Positions 22,301 through 34,389 of a DNA stretch of 64,000 nucleotides are shown here, one piece after another; the stretch's first letter is position 1; each line of letters begins with the position of its first letter. Under the pieces are notes generated by a model that saw only the letters and a program-made list of their open reading frames with translations, did no database searches and was not told the origin of the DNA. Made by a program: the position numbers and the translations under genes. Source of the DNA: Tubulanus polymorphus. Its lineage: Eukaryota > Animalia > Nemertea. Where the stretch lies: positions 11,172,962-11,236,961 of the forward strand of contig NC_134034.1 in the NCBI RefSeq assembly GCF_964204645.1. The letters run 5' to 3'.

Positions 22301-24892
22301 GGTTGTTGAATTGTATTGTTTGTCTACATTAACTATCAACTCAATGCGATTCAATAGGTTTTCATTTTCATTTCGTAAACATCGTCAGCGTTTACAACAA
22401 TATTGTATCAGTTAACCGTGAATCAATAGTCGGTTCGATTAGGTTTTGAGTATATCGCAGCTGGTTAAATATCATCGCAGCTGGCTGAATATCATCGCAG
22501 GTGCACATTTTGAATCAAATAAACTAGTAATTGCAGTTCGTATCTCCAGTTCGAATCCAATAATCACTCAAAATAATTAAACGCCATCCAGTTACTGTGG
22601 TTTAAAGTCGACTAGTAACAGTATGACTTACTGGGTATTGATTTATTCTAATCTGACAGTTTCAAAATTTTGTTTAGACCTCATCATCAGAGAAATGAGA
22701 ATAACACGATCTTAGTAGATAAAACCCACAATAAAAAGAAAAAACAAATCTTGTAACTTAACGTTTTAACTCATAACTATGAGCCATTTTCAAAAACTGT
22801 TTTTGAAAATGGCTCATAGAATTGAGTTGAGCCATTTTCAAAAACTGTTTTTGCAAATGGCTCATAGAATTCAGTTGAAACGTTAAGCTACAAGATAGTT
22901 TTTTCTTTTTATTGTGGGTTTTATCTACTATTGATATTGGACCGCCACTTGTCTATGGAAACTAACGCGATCTTGTTTGTTCCCTGATGTTGAAGTTTAG
23001 TCAAAACTTCAAGAAAAAAAGTCGAAACTTCAAGAAAAAAAAAACCGTCAGAATAAATGGTTCAAAGACTGCGAGTTTTTGCTAATCAATTAATGAGTTG
23101 TATCAGATCAATTCAATGAATTTCAATCAGTACAAGCGTTTATGGAGTGATATCTTAATAGCACAAAACTGTAAGGACATGATGCCACTTTCTAATAACG
23201 TGCGAGAAATGTGAGAAAATAAAAACTTACTAGTGGAAGAAACCGCAGAGCACGGCTGAAAAAAAAACATGAATAAATTTGTAATTATTCATTGTTGAAG
23301 TTTTTGAGGGCGTGTTTCATTGAAATAGACACAAAGCGAGTTGAGTTTCATGAAAATGTTTAACTCAAATTTTTAGTGGACTTTTTGATGAAACTGGGCC
23401 AGGTCTTAGGGAATTAAACTTTTTCATGAAACTGGGCCCAGTCTAAAGGAATTACACTTTTTCATGAAACTGGGCCCGGTCTTAGGGAATTAAACCTTTT
23501 CATGAAACTGGGCCCAGTCTAAAGGAATTACACTTTTTCATGAAACTGGGCCCGGTCTAAAGAAATTAAACTTTTTCATGAAACTGGGCCCAGTCTAAAG
23601 GAATTAAACTTTTTCATGAAACTGGGCCCGGTCTTAGGGAATTAAACTTTTCACAAAATTGGGCCCGGTCTTAGGGAATTAAAATTTTTCATGAAACTGG
23701 GCCCGGTCTTCCATCTTTCCAAAATCGTAGTTTATCGAGCAAAAGTTGAAACGTACATGTATTATATATGGTATCTATAGACTGTGGTAGATGAGACTGA
23801 CAGCTGCACAATGAGAACAGCTGTCAACTCTCTCGGTGTTTGTACCATGAAACACATGTGGGTCTCAAATCACTACTTCACAATAGATACATAAAAATCC
23901 AGCTTTCTCCATCACAGCAGTTATACTTAATATCAATACAGAGTAAGATTTTCACTAAATAAATGAAGATTTTCATATCTTCCATGTCATAGTCATTTCT
24001 TAGTTAATTTCTAACAATTTTTCAAACTACAAAAATTCTCAATTTCTTTTCTTTCACTTTTCAAATCAACATCGCGTCAATCTAACAGTAGCGTTAAAAA
24101 ACCTTCAATTACAAGATTGCTGCAGAGCAGATTCCCGATTGAGAGCTGCCTTGTTGGGAAAAATTTCCTCTTCTATACCCATAAAATGCATCGTATCACA
24201 ACTTTTCAAAAACATTTCTTGATAATTTGCAAATAGACATATAAATCAGTATTCACATCTCACAGACTGATACCGGCTCTGTTCCACAATAAAGATTTTG
24301 GTCCAAAAGTGGTTTCTAAAATCTTGAAATTAGCTCTAATTTGAAATGCAAATACATTTTGCGTCCTTTCTTTCATAGGCCTAATAAATTCCTGAAGCAA
24401 TCTACCACTGTCCTCTAGATTTACTCCAGCCCAATAGGACATATTTGATTCATTGGCCACAATCTGCATTCATAATTCAAGGATCAAGGCCCAGGACCAG
24501 GTCCCAGGACCACTGAATTTTGTTGGTTGGCCCTAACGCCAAAGGACTTCACACAGGCTCTATTTAGGGTGAAATTGGACTCCTAAGTTTTGGTCCTCTG
24601 CTATGCCCCGCCAGCATGCTACATGTTAGTGACTACGAATTCACAAAGAATTTCAAAGTTTGTTCAATAAAGAGAAATTGAATTTAAGTCACTTACCGAT
24701 AGCGGCAATCAATACGAGATATCCAGGGGTCAGGCCTGACCCTCCGAACAGCGACCCCCAAACTGATTTATCACCCTGCTGCTGCTGGTTTTTCCGGTTG
24801 TCCCTCGTTCTTGTCACCACTCGGCCATTTTTATTTGCTCCAGTTTTCGATTGGTTTTGATTTTGTTGCCGGCTTTTCTTCGTGGCCGCCAT
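13343..24892 (-). CDS. DPY19L1: Protein C-mannosyltransferase DPY19L1-like, about 20 exons
   Basis: Spliced exons encode [23 protein letters not shown] (21923-22010), GLYYSYYK...LKRFNLYPE (21673-21810), FYNHGE|[23 protein letters not shown]|[55 protein letters not shown] and a final exon GCAMPEIWD. First exon is 24697-24892. Confidence 0.93.
14190..14630. repeat. Intronic ~60/120-bp higher-order minisatellite
   Basis: Alternating A/B units of ggattcaaactatcaatt...gagagctcagagaagaactacagaaagaaactctgtcac inside a DPY19L1 intron. Confidence 0.85.
14992..15950. repeat. 40-bp minisatellite, about 24 near-identical copies
   Basis: Unit acaaactctctaccggccgcttctatcaggtttacagatt, head-to-tail with no spacers. 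Confidence 0.97.
16465..16940. repeat. ~20-bp degenerate repeat (agaactgtggaactgg family)
   Basis: Dispersed family also seen at ~33200-33350, 35280-35530, 38620-38745 and 40612-40790. Confidence 0.85.
17575..18417. repeat. 56-bp minisatellite, about 15 copies
   Basis: Unit gttcaaattaatcagtaatcaacagtaagaccctcagtaacatctttcatatttct, with alternating variants. Confidence 0.95.
19565..19892. mobile_element. Degenerate MITE related to the 2924-3036 element
   Basis: Imperfect TIRs tcatcctcgcttgccaggg / ccttgacgggtgaagatga, plus an internal inverted pair ccccctggcctcacga / tcgtgaggtcaagggg. Confidence 0.55.
20203..20567. repeat. Degenerate ~60-70-bp tandem repeat (tgatgtcatagggggatttatgg...ccatc)
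   Basis: About 6 diverged units within a DPY19L1 intron. Confidence 0.7.
21245..21675 (-). repeat. ~30-bp tandem repeat containing a GAG|GTAAG splice-donor sequence
   Basis: Units aaacccaggcttacctc.. abut and copy the donor of the DPY19L1 exon ending at 21673. Confidence 0.85.
22713..22930. mobile_element. Palindromic MITE-like element with ~60-bp arms
   Basis: tagtagataaaacccacaataaaaagaaaaaac ... gttttttctttttattgtgggttttatctacta. Its centre carries the gaaaatggctcatagaattgagt motif of the 53990-54780 repeat. Confidence 0.75.
23385..23710. repeat. ~39-bp minisatellite
   Basis: About 8 copies of ttttcatgaaactgggcccggtcttagggaattaaac. Confidence 0.92.
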
Positions 24893-24919
24893 CTTGACAC
24901 AACAATGTGGGCAATGTCG

Positions 24920-25283
24920 AAACCTCGCGTGCCAGGGTTAGACTAGTGATTGAATTGAATTGATAAATCCTCGCTTGCCGGCGTCAGAAACCTCGCGTGC
25001 CAGAGTTAGACTAGTGATTGAATTGAATTGATAAGTCCTCGCTTGCCGGCGTCAGACACCTCGCGTGCCAGAGTTAGACTAGTGATTGAATTGAATTGAT
25101 AAAATCCTCGCTTGCCGGCGTCAGAAACCTCGCGTGCCAGAGTTAGACGAACGATTGAATTGAATTGATAATCCTCGCTTGCCGGCGTCAAAAACGTCGC
25201 GTGCCAGAGTTAGACTAGTGATTGAATTGAATTGATAATCCTCGCATGCCGGGGTCCGAATCCTCGCATGCCAAGGTTTGATG
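24920..25283. repeat. ~68-bp minisatellite filling most of the DPY19L1/SPATA48 divergent promoter
   Basis: Unit starts at 24920, 24988, 25056, 25125, 25192 and 25259. Confidence 0.93.
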
Positions 25284-25361
25284 TTATATTGTATTGACTT
25301 GAATTGATGTAGAATGTCGGTTGAAACGTATTGAAAGTGTAGAATGTCGGTATATTTTGAC

Positions 25362-25400
25362 GTAGCTAAGCGACCCATTATTGTTTACATATGGCGGACC
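25362..25400 (+). promoter_or_regulatory. Candidate RFX X-box (GTAGCTAAGCGAC), forkhead motif (TGTTTAC) and ATGGCG (YY1-like) motif at the SPATA48 promoter
   Basis: Motif matches only, 120-160 bp upstream of the SPATA48 ATG. Confidence 0.4.
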
Positions 25401-25519
25401 CGGAATAAACCAATCATCTGAACAAAAGCTGCGTTTACTTTAAAAACACTTCAAACAAGTTTCACAGACGATAAATCACACGGGAATTTACTCACAAATA
25501 ATTCAAATAATTGATCGAA

Positions 25520-28500
25520 ATGACTGAAGTGATCGCTCCAGGACCGGTGCTTTCGGATTCCACATTCCGAACGCGTCCGGACTGTAAAATCTATTTCCTG
25601 ACCGACACGAACTCCGGCGGTAACGCCATGCAACAAATCGAATCCAATCGCCAACGACGACACATGAAATTCCCGACGTTATCCGGGAAACGCGACGTCG
25701 ATTCGTTCCAGCACGCGAAGACGTCGACGCCGGCGTTTAAAAAATTCAACGACGACGGCGACCACCGCGTTCCGGCGCCGTTTCGGTCGTTCGATAATAT
25801 TGTCGATCCGGTATCGGGATTCGTGAGTATCGGCGGCGACGTGGACCGTGACACGGGCGTCCGGCGGATTAAATCGCTCGTCCAGTTGAATCGTACGCCT
25901 CAGAACGTCGTGCCTCGCGAGATTCACTCGATTCGGAAATCGATGCCGTCCGCGCCGCCCGAGACGAATCGAGAACGAGAATGGGACCCGCCGGCTCCGT
26001 ATTTGTGGAACAGTCGAGCCGTTTCGGACGAGGCCATCCGCGCAGCTTTAGGAGGTGAGAGATTTGAAAAAACTTACATTTTTGGTAGGCCTACTAGTAA
26101 AAAATCAGGGGCTGCAGTTGGTTAATCCTTTCAGTGTGTCTACACCACAATGCGGTGTATGAAACAGTGATGGATTTTGCAAGTACACCGCATTGCCAAA
26201 CTATCAGATAATTTTTCTTTTTTATTGTGGGTTTTTGTCGACTAATTGATATCGGACAGCCACTTGTCTATGGAAACCAAGATCTAATGGAGTCTATGTC
26301 GCCCTACCATCTAACTCTGTATATCACTTTCCTCATAATTATGATTGAAATTGGAGAACCTGCCATTTTCTGACTCTACAATGTGCTTTAGAAATATCTT
26401 AGAAATATAGCTTATCAAAAGAATTTAGATAAAACGAGTCATCGGATTTAGCAAATTTACCGAAATCAAAATGGATAGGGCCTGACTAAAACATCAAATG
26501 CAATGAACAGTGTGAAATGTTTGCATTGTCAACATAATTTGCTTCTGGCTGAATTTAACTTTAAACATAATAATATTCAAATACTAATTGATAAAAGCAA
26601 TAATTGCTCAAACCCTTCACTATTGACGGTAAATATTTAATACATGTCAATATTTCTAATGATATTTGTTTACAATGTAAATTGAAGATTTTAGAAGCCT
26701 ACTGAGAATAGAGGAATTGGGACCCGACTCCACAGTTCTCGACAACTCTAAAGTTCGATTAGTCCAATTTGAAATATTTAACTCTGATCTAAACTCAAAA
26801 CTGTGGAACTGGATCCTAGCCGGATTCTGGTGTTCAAATATTTTGCTTCTGAAACAGTTATCTTTATCTGACGTTTTATTTCTACATAGATATAGAAATT
26901 TGGAATCAAATGTGCTCCTCTAGCAGACCCGCCTCACACTTCTGTTGAGATGTTAGTAAATTAATCAAGGGCTCAACTACTCCTGAAAATATCAAAATAC
27001 TGTAAACTTCTTAAGTTCATTTTCAATCACTCCATTTCTTTATGTGTCAAATGGTCTGTCTTGTGAAATGATTTTTGAAATTGCTGAGTTCAGAAAGTGT
27101 GGTTTTCCAACCTTTAGTAAAACTGGAATGACAAAAATTGTTTTCTTAAACGCCGTCGTTGCCTACAAGACCTGAGTGAACGAACATTAATTTCCGCCTC
27201 GATTCCTGCTGTAAAGTTTGAATTATAGGATATGAATAGAGCGTCAATGGAGGCTTTTGTTCCGACGAAATTGAACCGCCACAAAAACGAAAAATTCTTG
27301 TACCTTTCGATGAATGTTTTTATTCAGACTGATTGTCGAGGTACCTGTTTTTAATCGAATCACTTCCCGCTCTCGGGGCATTCAACCTGTCATAGATAAT
27401 TCAACCTGTTTTTTTTCTTACAAAGGCCAAAATCATGTCGCTTGTTTCTGTATCGTGGGATTTAGATTTTCCTCGTCTTTTTTTTCTCATGAACGAAATA
27501 TCGCCTCGCTATAAGTTGTTTTAAGTGACGAAAATTTAATGAAACTAACCAGGAATTCTTGTGGTCTTCGAGATGTCATTGTAAAATGAAAACATTTTCC
27601 AATTTTGAAATGGCCCATCTTTATTGTATATACGTTTTAGGGCCAAACCTTTAAGGGGAAAATTTTTGTCAGTTATCCAGAAGAAAAGAAAGAGCCATTT
27701 TGACAAGTTACTAGGTCCAACCTCGTTATTTTAGATGTTTTTGAAGAAATACATCCGGAAATATTCGATTTACGAAAGGGTCGAATTTCCAACGATATTT
27801 GGCGAAAAGGGCAACCTGGCAAACACCCACGAGACCATCCCCTAAATCCGCCCCGTCAAGTGGCCGTGCATCGAGTGAACAATAACTGATTCGATGTCGT
27901 TACCCCAGTGAACTGAACATTTCTGATCCTCTCCCTATGGGTGTTGCGCATACGGTAGACTTCGCTCAAGTCGGATCTGTAAAAATATGCCCGACTTGAG
28001 AGTGATATCCGAGTCGGATGGTTATGTACATGTATTTCATACATAGTGCCACAAAAAATATTTCAACAAACATCCGGAGTTGAACAGTAATCCGAGTTGA
28101 TCGGAACCGACTCGAGCGGAGTCTACTGTACTTTCTTTTATCGTGAATGTTTTCTTGTAATTCGTTAGGCTGGACGAGTAAAGTAGACCCTCGAAAAGTG
28201 GAAGAACAAAAACTAAGAGGTGCCCGGGTAAGTTCCTACCGTACGCGTCGAGTTTGATTCGATTGCGAGAATTTTCATCGTTTTTTTTTCTTTTCAATAT
28301 TGAGACTTATTGTTTTTGAATTGCAGAGTCGATTCGAACCGAAAACGTCCGATGAATTAGCTCGGGATAAACGAGATCGTTTAGCGTTGAAATACGTGTA
28401 CACGTCATCCACTCAGAGGTAAGGCCTAACACCGGTAGGCGGCGCCGCCTGATATCTTTCTTCCTTTACTAAACTCGGACGTTTGACCCATGTTTCAGTG

Positions 28501-29528
28501 TCCTCCATGACAGGTTTTAGAGCGGTGGCCACCCCTTTTTCATTTTCACATCCACCCCTCTGAAAATCAGCCACCCCTTATAAAACATCTGCTGCCCCTA
28601 CCTGAGTAGATGTCAATATTCTATCAATGCTGATAATTGCTTTGAAATATATCGAGCTAATGTGAAAAATAGAAGATTACACGGAAATTAAGGTTTATTT
28701 TCTGTATTTGTTTGGGGGACAGCCTTGCTACATCAGCAGCAATGATGTCATACACTTAAAAATGAATGCAGCCCTTAAAAAAATGCCAGCATAAAAAAGG
28801 AAACACTGATGTTTTGTCTAAACAGTGTGAAGTGAGTCGTTGTAGCTGTGAGGATCAATAGTTGTTGACGACTTATCCAACTGACGACTTACATTTAGAC
28901 TATAGCCCTAAATTGAATTAGAAATACAATTTGAGACTCAAAAATAAAGATGAATCCAGCGACAACTAAAGCCAGTTTGACTCACTTTTTCGTCGGAAAA
29001 ATTCGATTCATGACATCTTTTTCTCCTACCCCACTGAAGAATGACCAACCCTACCCCGTCATTGTCCCTATATTCTATCCAAGACCTCGTCATTTTTCAG
29101 GGCATACGAAGAGATACCGTGGGACGGTATGTTACACCCGAGGAAATGGCCGTACACACATACACTGGAGGATAAACCCGATATGATATCACAACGATGG
29201 AGGAATAAACGTTACGATTCAGCGGCGAAAGACTGGCAGGTGTGACCCCCCTCGACGCTACCCTCATCTAACAACTCACCTTTATCATCTTGATGTGTAT
29301 CCTATCTACTGTTCTAATGCATCTTCATAAATAAAATTCTGACGTCATCTTTTTATTTTAGTTTCTCTCAATACTATCTCTCTTTTTAATCTCTAGCTCT
29401 TTCTCTCTTCCTCTTTCTCCTCTCACTGCCTCCCCTCTCCCTCTCTCCTCGCACTGATTCTCCTCTTTCTTTCTCTTCTTACTGACTCTCATTCCCCTTT
29501 TCTTCTCTTCTCCGTCTCTGCTCTTCCC

Positions 29529-29583
<55 letters not shown>

Positions 29584-29706
29584 CCTCCCTCCCTCCCTCC
29601 CTCCCTCCCTCCCTCCCTCCCTCCCTCCCTCCCTCCCTCCCTCCCTCCCTCCCTCCCTCCCTCCCTCCCTCCCTCCCTCCCTCCCTCCCTCCCTCCCTCC
29701 CTCCCT

Positions 29707-29743
<37 letters not shown>

Positions 29744-32329
29744 AGGAGACTCAATCACTTCTCTACACCAGTATTTCAGGTAAATTCGAGGGTCGCCATT
29801 AAAAACAATCTTGACCCAAGTTCGAAGTTATTCTGTTCATTTGTTTTACACAGTTCTTGATTTATTTTCCCTTTTTCGTCACCAATTCTCCGCATTTTGT
29901 TGAAAATCAGATTTTTTGTTTCATTCGAATGTGTTTAAAGAACACTTTTTTTTTCGTTTGTTTGAAGCTCGCCGGCAAAGAATGGGATCAATACCAAACA
30001 CGCGAAGGACATTACGAAAATCGACCGGTGACGTTGTAAGTATTTTACATAACTATACAGGGTGGCACCTCTTAACTGGAAATCGGGGAAATGTCAGGAA
30101 ATTTTTCTTTTTTTTTTAAACCGGAGAATTTTGTAAAATAGCTTATTAATATATCAGGAAAAGTCAGGATAATTTGTTGAGATCGCTAGATCGCACGTAA
30201 AGTCAAATAGTTTCCATCTATGTCTGACGTAGATGGAAACTATTTGACTTATATTTGACTGTGTTTATTGATTGATTTCTGTAGCAGACAAAGTCAGGGA
30301 AATGTCAGGAAAATTTTATTTTTTTTTAAACCGTGAAATTTTGTAAAATACCTTAATATCAGGAAAAGTCAGGCTAGATCGCACGTAAAGTCAAATAGTT
30401 TCCATCTATGTCTGACATATTTGACTGTGTTTATTGATTGAATTCTTAGCAGACGAAGTCAGGAAATAGGGAAAAAGCAAGTCACGCTGCGCTACAGTTC
30501 AAATGTCTTTTTTGTGCGAAAACGAAAGTCGTTATTCAGGGTTTTTTTTTCTAATATCTTCTTTTCGCAGTTGTGAACCGCTGGTCAGAGCGCAGCAGAT
30601 CCCCGGTTACAGGTAACAACAACTTATTGAGTCAACGAAAAAAAAAAAAATTAAAAAAAGAATTTTTTATCAATATCACCGCTACGTTAGACTTCCGTTG
30701 ATTGCCTCTGATAACCCAGTGCCCGCCCGGACAAAATTAAATTAAATTCAATAATCTCCTTGCACTCAATACACCCTTTCGGGTCATTATATTTACAAAA
30801 TAGTAAATTACACATTTTCTTAATCCAATTTATCAATTTATATTTAAAAAAAATTACTTTGTTCATCGTGACCCCGATCCCGATCCCTCCCCGAGTCAAG
30901 CCCCTGTATTCGCCCCTACAGTGAAACCTCGCTACAACGAACTTTACCAGACCAGAAAATCTGTTGGTTATAACCGATAGTTCTATATACAGTTGAACCT
31001 CGTTACAGCGAACTTTAGGAGACCAGAAAATCTGTTGGTTATAACCGATAGTACGTTTTATCCGGTATGAAATTGATTAACTTTTCGTGCTCGGGACGAA
31101 ATTCTATATTTGTTATATCCGATGAATCGTTGTTTTTGGGTTCGTTTAACGAGGTTCCACTGTACTGTATCAGTGTACGTAGCCTGTGGACTCTTACTGC
31201 ACCGCCGGTCCTTATGAACATCGAGCAAAATTACATTTATAGTTTAAAAGATGTTTGCCTTTTTCTCTTGAAATTCGTCACACAGCGGTTTCATAGGTTC
31301 CAACGACAAGGACGCGATTGACAACGCGACAGAACGCTTCCAGCCGCACACGGTCAAACGCAACGAGCAGCCGAAATACTGCGAAACTGGACAGTACGTA
31401 TAAATACGAAATAATCAGATATTACATTCGAACTTGTTTAAGTCTCGTTGTACCTACGAGCAATTATTGAGATAATTAAGAATGTGACGACTTATATCAG
31501 ATGATAGACTGTATTAGAAATACGAATTGAGACTCAAAAATAGAGATGACTTCGGTAATGTCAGCGACGACTTATCAGAAGACGACTTATCCGAGTTTGA
31601 ACTATTCTGAGTTTGAGTCAGTGTGGAGACCATTTCTGCTGTGAAAAATAATCATTTATATAATCATATTTTGCAGTCGTCCTCACATACCAGGGTTCGC
31701 TGGATGTACGCTTTACCGCAGTAATACAATGCCCGTATCTTCGATGACGCATCCAGCGCCACCGTTCCAACCGGTTACTGGAACTATTTACAAGTAAATA
31801 TTAAGCCGCGATCACGCGGAGACGATTTGGCCCGGGCCAAATTGACACGGATCAGGCTCTGGCCAAATTTGGCCCGTGCCTAATTAGAGAGCGCGTTCAC
31901 ACGCAAACCATTCACTCGATACTAAACAATGCTCAAACAAAGCGAAGTGGATCATTTCCGGTGCTAGTTGCAATTCAAACGCAATCATTCGTCTGGTGCT
32001 AAAATTTGGCTCGGGCCAAATTTGGACCGGGCCAAAATGTTCTTGTGATCGCGGCTTTAGGTTGCTCTGTCGATCCCTATTTTAAGATTTAAAAAGAAAC
32101 TTTAACCGTAATTTATCTTTTTACGCGACTGAGCGCTTGATTTTAAATCCAAATCGACAACCATCTTAAAATTCCGTTTTCTTTTTTTCAATCAAATTTC
32201 AGGTCGCTCCCCGCCGTAATGAACAACAAAGAACATCATCGCGAGGGTAAGATGTCGAAAATGGTGACGTTAGTTCCGCCGTGCAATCCGTTCAACAAGA
32301 TCGAAAAAGAGGAGGTGCTTGTTAATTGA
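25520..32329 (+). CDS. SPATA48: Sperm microtubule inner protein SPMIP7/SPATA48 (C7orf72) homolog; exons ~25520-26054, 28169-28227, 28327-28418, 29101-29239, 29968-30035, 30571-30612, 31287-31394, 31677-31793, 32203-32329
   Basis: In-phase splicing gives DPVSGFVSIGGDVD, WNSRAVSDEAIRAALG|GWTS, SSTQR|AYEEIPWDGML, WDQYQTR, IPGY/IPGFAG and MSKMVTLVPPCNPFNK. These match motifs I recall from vertebrate SPATA48. Confidence 0.85.
27953..28128. mobile_element. Tc1/mariner (pogo/Tigger-like) MITE
   Basis: TA-CGGTAGACTTCGCTCAAGTCGG ... CCGACTCGAGCGGAGTCTACTG-TA. Confidence 0.8.
29530..29742. repeat. (CT)n-(CCCT)n-(CT)n microsatellite
   Basis: Pure polypyrimidine mirror repeat. Confidence 0.98.
30057..30470. 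repeat. Dispersed repeat with an internal duplication and hairpin; related copy at ~38020-38240
   Basis: Starts CAGGGTGGC and shares tatttgactgtgtt.attgattgaattcttagcaga with the second copy. Hairpin gtcaaatagtttccatcta...tagatggaaactatttgac at ~30202-30248. Confidence 0.6.
30919..31162. mobile_element. Tc1/mariner (Tigger-like) MITE with a duplicated left end
   Basis: TA-CAGTGAAACCTCG at 30919 and TA-CAGTTGAACCTCG at 30990; right end CGAGGTTCCACTG-TA. Confidence 0.8.
31804..32056. mobile_element. PIF/Harbinger-type MITE
   Basis: TTA-AGCCGCGATCAC...GTGATCGCGGCT-TTA. Inverted copy at 42180-42391 and a partial copy at ~22130-22230. Confidence 0.85.
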
Positions 32330-33475
32330 TTGACAACCGCTGGAAAACGACTTCAGTATTAATTTCACAAGTTTCTAAAAAAAAAAAAAACATTTCATAC
32401 TGAATCGTTGAAGACATCGTTATTTCGGTCGAGAAGTCGAAATCGTGAAATCTTACTTCACGACTAAGAAACTGCACCTGAGGCCTACTCCTTAGTCCAA
32501 AAGTGGTAATAAATCTTTGGTCTTAAGTTGTTAGATTTGGCTATAGAACTAAAAAGATCCAAAAGCGGCCTTAAATCTAAGTGCGGTCTTGAGTTGTTAG
32601 ATTTGGCTATAGAACCAAAAAGTCTTAGAATATTCTTAGTCTAAGCCATGACTATGAAATCGGCCTCGGATCCAGTTCCACATTGAATCCAGTAATTGTG
32701 AGTTAGATTCAACTCTGAGTTGATTGAATTGATTCATTTCCAATGTTTTCACTCTGGGGTCAAATTTAGATTTGGAACCGGAATCGGGATTTTATATTTG
32801 TTGATATAAAAGTCTGAAATATTTGTTCAGTTTTCTGATAAATCGTGGGACTGTTACTGCTGAGTTCGTGTGCAATTATTGATTTGTCGAATCATATTTT
32901 ATGATATATATATTCGTTGTGTTTTGACGCGTGTTTTAATCGTTTCTGCTGTTGTTAATAGTTAATGATAGTTTAAAGAATAATACATATGTATTCTGTT
33001 TTGTAAAATGTAATTTTTGCGAATTTTTTGGTTAAACTTAAAATCATGATTGAACGTTTCTTTGGTAATAAACTGTAAATAAGTAGAGGGTCAACAAGAA
33101 TTCTGTTTTGCTTCGTTTTTTCCTCAATCTTGATTGGTTGTGGTCTTCACTGCGAGATTTGCGGGAGTTCTACGTTGACCAGCCACGTATGAAAATTAGA
33201 CCAACACAGCAGTGGAACGGATCCAGAGTCAAACCCAGACAACAGTGGAAATGGTTCTAGAGTCAAATTGAACCCACACAACTGTGGAACTGGATCCATC
33301 AGAGCCAAATTAAACCCACACAACTGTGGAACCTGATCAAGAGACGAATTAAACCCGTGTTTCCATTTCAACGGATACATCGATTTCCCACAAAATATTA
33401 GAAAAACTAAAATCGTTGTTATTCCGATTCTGCAAATGAACTATTATTCTATTTCAAAAACAATCGTAGACAATT

Positions 33476-34389
33476 CTATTCTACGTTAAAACCATTTCCT
33501 TCGCCGATATCAGACAAATTAGCACCGAGTCGCTCCTCAGCCTTGTCCACTCGTTCAGACGCTGCCTTCAACTCGTCGACGACCAGTTCCTTCGCCGTAT
33601 CCAGATCTTCTTTCATTTCAGGTATTTCCGCTAACTTATCTTCTACTTCTTCGTACTCCTCTTCGAGGTTCTTTTGCCTCAACTCGTTATTTTCCACTTT
33701 CGGTTCCACTTCGTTCTGCAATTCGTGATCCAAACCGTCCACTTGTTGTTTCATCGTATCCATATTCATTTTGAGCACCTTCAAAGAATATTAAGTTAAA
33801 CACTATGTTATTATACAGTTTTCGCGAATATCCATCAATTACTTCTTTAACTATTGATTTTCGTGGCAATTTTTGTCAAATGTTTCCATAGTTAAAAGAA
33901 TATGTTTAGAAATGTGTTTTTCATAAATCTATTCTTTAGCTTATGTCTATAAGACCTTGACTGTACAACGTTTCAAGGTCATATCGTGAATAAAATTCCC
34001 GTACAAAATGTCGCCACATCACCGCGCACGTCAAAACATAAAGGATTGTAAGGCCTATATCGGAGAACGCCAAAATGGTTTCGTTTGAAAAAGTTTCAAC
34101 GAAAGAATGTTCAGTTGAAAAAAAGAACTACTGTTAAGGATCTTTTTATTCGAAAAACGTTAAGAAATCGTAACTATTGTACATACCGTAACTATTGTAT
34201 CGCTCTTCTTATTCTTATTCTTGTTCTTTTTCTTTTTCTTTGCCTCGCAGACGGCGCTCAAACCTATGAGCAGCGCAGCGACGAAAACGAACAATTTGAA
34301 CCTGTAATGAGATCGGAACGAAAAATCTAAAATCCGTAAGTGGCTAATGCTTAAAAAAAACAACCTCCTACCTCCAATCTCGCTCCCAT
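33476..34389 (-). CDS. Small, probably secreted coiled-coil protein (signal-like peptide, Lys-rich tract, acidic coiled coil)
   Basis: Exon ~34187-34326 (FKLFVFVAALLIGLSAVCEAKKKKKNKNKNKKSDTIVT|gtatgt) splices in phase 0 to 33476-33778 (VLKMNMDTMKQQVDGLDHEL...). TATAAA lies at ~34460-34465 and an ATG at 34389, but the link from that ATG to the next exon is unresolved. Confidence 0.65.

Noticed and set aside
29479-29754. RE/REGG-repeat ORF
   Set aside because: It is a translation of the (CT)/(CCCT) microsatellite.
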